Source: Candidatus Heimdallarchaeota archaeon
GTDB taxonomy: Archaea > Asgardarchaeota > Heimdallarchaeia > Heimdallarchaeales > Heimdallarchaeaceae
Length of the DNA stretch: 64,000 bases
Assembly: GCA_018238545.1 (NCBI GenBank)
Contig: JABCTC010000010.1
Location: 29,890 to 93,889, forward strand
Direction: 5' to 3'
A program made the position numbers and the translations under genes. Shown here piece by piece: positions 58,944 to 64,000 of the stretch. The number at the start of each line of letters is the position of its first letter. Position 1 is the first letter of the stretch. A model generated the notes under the pieces. The model did no database searches. It was not told the DNA's origin and worked only from the letters and a program-made list of their open reading frames with translations.

Positions 58944-61292
58944 TCATTCCCAAAAGTTCTTAGTTTTTCTTGCTAAGTCTTCTTTTCCCGAGATTCTTGG
59001 AACAATATCCCAGTGTTTCGGAAATAGCTTCAAATATGTACTTGATGAGTATCTGTCACCAATTAGCAATACTACTCCTCTATCGGTTTCTGTTCGGATT
59101 ACTCTTCCAATTGCTTGTAAAATCCTGTTCATACCTGGATAGGTATATGCAAAGAGAAATCCCTTCCCATTTTTCTTATCAAAATATTCCTTCAGAAGAT
59201 TTTGTTCTAGCCCCACTTTAGGTAATCCAACTCCCACTATTACAGCACCCGAAAGTTTTTCACCCATAAGATCGATTCCTTCCCCAAATATTCCTCCCAT
59301 AACGACAAATCCAATTAAGGATTTTTTGCCAAATTTAGAGAATTCATCAAGGAAACTCTCCCTTTCGTTTTCAGTCATTCTAGGTGTTTGCTTTATTATC
59401 TTCGCTTTTACAGTAAGTTTAATGAAATGCTGGAACACCTCTTCCATGTAAGCATATGATGGGAAAAATATCAAAAAATTACCCATTTTACTTTTTGCAA
59501 TCACTGTTACAAGTTTTGCAATTTCTTCATACGAATGTTCTCTCATTGTATATTTTGTGGAAATGTAATCAGCTATGTATAATCCAAGATTTCTTCTAGG
59601 AAAAGGTGAACTTAGTAGTAGTTTTGCTGAATTATGATCTCCTCCAAGTAGTTCTTGGAAATAACTTGCAGGTGTTAGTGTTGCAGAAAAGAATATGGCA
59701 TTTTTTCCCTTCTTTAATGCTTTTTTTAATAATTTTGATGGATCTAAACAATAAAGCCTAATTCTCACATTATTTTTGTATTTCTTGAAATAGGTTAAGA
59801 ATCGTTGGTCATAATCCTCTACCACTCTTAAGAAGTTTCTAGCATCAAAATAAAACTCAAGTAAATTGTCACGAAAACTGGAATCAATGTTTAATTCTAA
59901 CCATTCCTCTGCTTTTCGACAAAACATTCTCAGATTAGCTATGAACTCTTTAGAAGGGAGAGATTTTTGTACATGAGAATATGTGCCATCTTTCTCACAT
60001 AATTTTCTTGCTGCAATCATATATTGATTAAGTTTGTTCAACAATGAAGATAACTTTGGAACAGCTGTTTTTGTTGCTCTTCTCAAGGTAAGAATTGGTT
60101 TTTTCATTATATCTGCTGAGAACATCTCTCTTGATCTACCAACTAGGTTATGGGCTTCATCAATAAGAAATGTGAAATCACCCTTTTCTTCCATAAAGAA
60201 TCTCTTGAGATAAACTCGAGGATCAAAAGCATAATTGTAATCGCATATGATGCAATCGCTCCATAATGCTAAATCCAGAGAAAATTCAAATGGGCACACT
60301 TGATGTTTTTTAGCGTATTTCTCGATATTTTCTCTTGTAAAAGAATCTTGTGCATAGATGTCCTCAATAGCATTGTTTACTCTATCAAAATGTCCTCGAG
60401 CATACTCACAATACACTGGGTCACAGTTGTCTTTTTCTTTGAAACATATTTTTGCTTTAGCTGTTATTGTAACTGATTTGAGTTTTAGTGACTTTTTCCT
60501 CAAAATATCTAGTGTTTCCTCAGCAATAAAACGTGTAGTAGTTTTAGCTGTAAGATAGAATATTTTGGAATCCAAATCTTTGTTTAAAGATTTAATCGCA
60601 GGATAAAGAACTGCTACGGTTTTGCCTATGCCAGTTGGTGCTTGGCAAAAGAGCTTCTGTTGATTTTTCAGTACGTCAGTTGTTACCTTAACCATCTTAT
60701 CTTGACCTTTTCTATAAGAAGGAAATGGGAATTTTACTGTCTTTATACTCTTGTTCCTAGTTTCAAGCCACTTGTAAACAGAGAATGCCCACACTAAATA
60801 TTTGTCAACTATATCTAGACATTTTGCTTTGAGTTCATCTAGTTTATATGTTTTAACGAAGGATCTGGTTTTCTTTGTGTCTAAGTTGAAGTAAGTGAGT
60901 TGTATGTTAATTATTTTTTTATTATTTTGTTTAGCATAAATATACCCATAACAAATTGCTTGTGCCCAATAGCTTTCATTGGAGTTTTCCTTTATGCTTG
61001 ACAAATTTCTTTGTGTTGTCTTTATTTCTTCAATAACTGTCTGACCATTTTCCTCAAAAACTCCGTCGATTCTTCCACCTAAATGCAATATACATTTATC
61101 TCTCTCGATTAATTCTTTCACAGATACCTCTTTTCTATACAAGGGACCTCTCTTCTTCTGAACATACTGATGTCCCTTTGTTCCTTCTGCCAAACGAGAA
61201 CGCTGAAAATACCCTACAGATATATCTCCTTTACGAAGAACATATGAAATCATATTTCGAACAGATACCTTTACTGTGGGTTTAGAAACCAT
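58944..61292 (-). CDS. DinG/XPD-family Fe-S DNA helicase with N-terminal PD-(D/E)xK nuclease domain
   Basis: GRIDG...EEIKT; APTGIGKT; four Fe-S Cys; DEAH; SAT; FFPSY; EGID; QAIGRVIR. Confidence 0.92.
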   Translation of the reverse strand: MVSKPTVKVSVRNMISYVLRKGDISVGYFQRSRLAEGTKGHQYVQKKRGPLYRKEVSVKELIERDKCILHLGGRIDGVFEENGQTVIEEIKTTQRNLSSIKENSNESYWAQAICYGYIYAKQNNKKIINIQLTYFNLDTKKTRSFVKTYKLDELKAKCLDIVDKYLVWAFSVYKWLETRNKSIKTVKFPFPSYRKGQDKMVKVTTDVLKNQQKLFCQAPTGIGKTVAVLYPAIKSLNKDLDSKIFYLTAKTTTRFIAEETLDILRKKSLKLKSVTITAKAKICFKEKDNCDPVYCEYARGHFDRVNNAIEDIYAQDSFTRENIEKYAKKHQVCPFEFSLDLALWSDCIICDYNYAFDPRVYLKRFFMEEKGDFTFLIDEAHNLVGRSREMFSADIMKKPILTLRRATKTAVPKLSSLLNKLNQYMIAARKLCEKDGTYSHVQKSLPSKEFIANLRMFCRKAEEWLELNIDSSFRDNLLEFYFDARNFLRVVEDYDQRFLTYFKKYKNNVRIRLYCLDPSKLLKKALKKGKNAIFFSATLTPASYFQELLGGDHNSAKLLLSSPFPRRNLGLYIADYISTKYTMREHSYEEIAKLVTVIAKSKMGNFLIFFPSYAYMEEVFQHFIKLTVKAKIIKQTPRMTENERESFLDEFSKFGKKSLIGFVVMGGIFGEGIDLMGEKLSGAVIVGVGLPKVGLEQNLLKEYFDKKNGKGFLFAYTYPGMNRILQAIGRVIRTETDRGVVLLIGDRYSSSTYLKLFPKHWDIVPRISGKEDLARKTKNFWE

Positions 61293-61443
61293 AACCTAAC
61301 ACTCTTTGAGTTCAACTTCTTAACTTATATGTAGTAATAGTTAAACTAAAAAATGTTTTTGGATATAAAAAGAAAGATAATTTCGCAAAAAATAATTCGT
61401 TAAAAGGAACACCCTTACAGCAGAACTTCCTGATTACAATCCA

Positions 61444-62298
61444 TCATTTAATTAGCTTCCTAATAACTTCTATCATCTCACCAGAATGTGCTGCTCTGTT
61501 TGTTTTCATGTCAATGTATTCTGCTTTGGGAATTACAGCTAGTATGCTCTTGGCTAGCTCAACTGTGTGCATTTTATCTGTCTCCATACCAATAATTATA
61601 ACCCTAGTGTCCTCAATCTGTCTATACAAATCCCAGACTTTAATGAAACATACTCTTTTAGCTACAGCTCTCCATTTCTTGAAATCTGATTCTTCAAGAA
61701 CTCGATTGTATTTTGCAGCTTGAACTGGATCTTCGCTCTTGAACTTTCTAAGCCACCATCTCCAAATAGGTTCTGTCCATGTTATTACAAAGTTTGGAAC
61801 AATATGCATTAGATATCTGGTTGTAGGTGGCATGTTCAGTTGGTAAACAGGACCGATTAGTACATTCAAGTTAGGTTTGATTTTCTTAGTACCTAATAAA
61901 TCAGCTATAGTCAGTGTACTGAAAGATGAAGTGAGTGTAACGAGTCTATTTTGATCTATTTTTAGGTGTTCAACAATTTCCTTAACGTCTAAGGCAAGTC
62001 TATTGATGTCATTTATTGTTTTATTTTCGCTGGGACGGAAAGAACCCTTTTCCCTTGATTCGATGTATAGTATGTCAAAGTCTTTGGTAGCTTCCATTAG
62101 TACCTGTTCCCACCCAGGAACTACAGTCCCCCAACCAGGGATAAGTAATAAAGTGTAACCAATAGCTGTTTCTTTTGGTGCTTTTGTTGTTAATATCTTA
62201 GTTTCTGCACCATCAGAAGTTTTGAAGTATTGTTCTTTTGCTAATTTTTCAAATTCTGACACAAGAAACTCTTCATGTACATTCTCTCGTTTTGACAT
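61444..62298 (-). CDS. Alpha/beta hydrolase fold protein
   Basis: LLIPGWG oxyanion loop, SREKGS, atypical elbow TSSFS, ETD and C-terminal AAH. Confidence 0.7.
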   Translation of the reverse strand: MSKRENVHEEFLVSEFEKLAKEQYFKTSDGAETKILTTKAPKETAIGYTLLLIPGWGTVVPGWEQVLMEATKDFDILYIESREKGSFRPSENKTINDINRLALDVKEIVEHLKIDQNRLVTLTSSFSTLTIADLLGTKKIKPNLNVLIGPVYQLNMPPTTRYLMHIVPNFVITWTEPIWRWWLRKFKSEDPVQAAKYNRVLEESDFKKWRAVAKRVCFIKVWDLYRQIEDTRVIIIGMETDKMHTVELAKSILAVIPKAEYIDMKTNRAAHSGEMIEVIRKLIK

Positions 62299-62424
62299 TA
62301 AGAGAGAAAATAGAACAGTAAATTAATAGTTTTCTTTCTGACGAATTCTAGAAATGTTATTTTCTTTAGTTAACTCGCATAATTGTAATTCTGGAACTAC
62401 TCTTCTATCTTAGATGAGCTTAGG

Positions 62425-63876
62425 TTATTGTTTCCATTTTCGAATAATTCTCTTTGAAATAACTCTCAACATACTAACCGCGATAATTACCATTACTAGT
62501 GAAAAGACAATAACGCTACTTCTGTATTCCGAAACTGCTGGAGGTAAACATACTGAAAATTCATATTCAAAATAGGAAGGTGCACAACATGTTACTGGGA
62601 TTTGATAGTTACCTAGATAATCTAATTTCCATAGAAAAACCTGATACCCATTATTTCCATTGTTTACGAACCAGGTTAACCAGAAATAGCCTGTACTATC
62701 CTCTATACACCTTAAATCATAAACACCAGGGCCATAAAAATACATAGGGTCGTATGATATTTTCAAGATTTCTTTCGGTTCTACTAAGAGAGTACCTTCA
62801 ATCGTGTAGAAACTATACTTGAAAGTTTTATTAGCCCGCATACTGCTACGTCCGAATAATTCTATGTTTATTACATTTGATTTATTGCTAGATAGGAAAT
62901 TATATCCTGGATTATTGAAGCCCATCAAATTTTCTTCTAAAATCGATCCAGAGTAGTCTATTCTATTGCATGTTATTTGACCATCAGCATACCATGCGAT
63001 GTAGAGATCTCCGTCAATGAATGTTAGATGGGGTTTATTCAAAAGAACATCATCATCATAGATGATATTTGCATTATTTTGTAAATATGTACCACTGGAG
63101 TTGCTTTTTAGATGTTGAAGATAAATATAATCATACCCTTTTTCCGATGCAATAAATACATTTCCTAGATTATCTATCTCAAGTGTAGTTCCGTCCCCTA
63201 AATCATCTAATTCAAAATTGTATGCACCGATAACGTTACACTCATTATCTAAATAGAAATAGAGAAAATCGCAACATAGAAGATGTAAAAAGTCATTGTT
63301 GTCAATTATGACTCTGGCTATTTTATCACCAGAAATAGCTGATCCAAATCCTGATTGTGTTATATTAACTAGCATTTTAGTATCAACAAGTGTATCCAAA
63401 TTTGAGTTAAGTTTTTTATAATAAATGGAACCTATTTGGGGAGTATTATAATCCATAACATACCAAAACAAATGAATATTGTCTTCTGAATCAAGGATAG
63501 GTACTGAGCATCCCAAAGCAATTGTTTCTTCAGTTATATCCGATCGATTTACCATTAGCTGTTTGGATTCTATGAATGTTCCATTTGTTGCTATTTTTTG
63601 CATAAATATTTGGTCTGAACTACCAGAATTATCACCATAAATGCTCAATTCCCATGATAGGAAAATAGCATCACCGCTATTTATGACTATATTTGGATTT
63701 TCTAAATTTGCCATTTCTCCTGAGAGACAAATGATATCAGTAAAGGAACTTTCATCAGCAAAAACATAATGACTATCTGCTCTTGAATAATTCCCCAAAT
63801 CTACACCTGACGAACTGAACAGTGCTAAACCCATCCAAATGCCCAAAATAAAGAATACCACAGTTTTTTTTCTCAT
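62425..63876 (-). CDS. Secreted beta-propeller-like surface protein with C-terminal membrane anchor
   Basis: Signal peptide; repeated DSEDNIHLFW/DNNDFLHL/DNLGNVFIA/DSTGYFWLTW blades; VSEY + TM + basic tail. Confidence 0.7.
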   Translation of the reverse strand: MRKKTVVFFILGIWMGLALFSSSGVDLGNYSRADSHYVFADESSFTDIICLSGEMANLENPNIVINSGDAIFLSWELSIYGDNSGSSDQIFMQKIATNGTFIESKQLMVNRSDITEETIALGCSVPILDSEDNIHLFWYVMDYNTPQIGSIYYKKLNSNLDTLVDTKMLVNITQSGFGSAISGDKIARVIIDNNDFLHLLCCDFLYFYLDNECNVIGAYNFELDDLGDGTTLEIDNLGNVFIASEKGYDYIYLQHLKSNSSGTYLQNNANIIYDDDVLLNKPHLTFIDGDLYIAWYADGQITCNRIDYSGSILEENLMGFNNPGYNFLSSNKSNVINIELFGRSSMRANKTFKYSFYTIEGTLLVEPKEILKISYDPMYFYGPGVYDLRCIEDSTGYFWLTWFVNNGNNGYQVFLWKLDYLGNYQIPVTCCAPSYFEYEFSVCLPPAVSEYRSSVIVFSLVMVIIAVSMLRVISKRIIRKWKQ

Positions 63877-64000
63877 GATTGGTTATGTGAACATTACACC
63901 ATTTATAATAAATTTTTGTCTTGTAGTCATATTAGCTACAATTGTATCAGTTTAAATGGATGGGTTAAAGTGAATATTACGGGAGTTTTTATAAGAATCT

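Noticed and set aside
58944-61292. CRISPR-associated Cas4/CasDinG
   Set aside because: No array or cas genes in the window, and the nuclease domain lacks the Cas4 Cys cluster
2375-61723. Many antisense or nested ORFs in the track (e.g. 2375-2833, 4146-4583, 11320-11766, 29914-30432, 53006-53320)
   Set aside because: They overlap better-supported genes and carry no motifs; they are shadow ORFs

Overview
AT-rich, gene-dense chromosomal window (roughly one third G+C by eye) from an archaeon, most plausibly an Asgard archaeon (Heimdallarchaeia-like; inference). The basis is an archaeal/eukaryotic-type ProRS, a class III (archaellin/pilin) signal peptide, oligo-T terminators and several eukaryotic-signature-type proteins: a Rab-like GTPase, an Arf-like GTPase fused to a longin-like domain, a multi-pass membrane RING protein and a CTL/SLC44-like transporter. 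About 58 coding loci are described, covering housekeeping and metabolic genes (thiI-like, mobB, pcp, nfo, pepQ, hypAB, proS, the glycyl-radical pair hypD plus activase, a nuclease-DinG helicase) and two interrupted genes. I saw no rRNA, tRNA, CRISPR array or mobile element. Top candidates for undescribed systems are: (1) a cluster of a repeat membrane protein, a membrane RING E3-like protein, an SPFH protein and a polyPro/acidic-Trp membrane protein (32.6-38.3 kb); (2) a membrane-anchored HEPN protein; (3) a pair of degenerate nucleotidyltransferase folds, one fused to a P-loop ATPase; (4) an HhH-linker-eL33(L35Ae) fusion; (5) a helical-repeat/Arf-longin/Zn-ribbon membrane operon. All family calls come from motif recognition by eye, not database searches.
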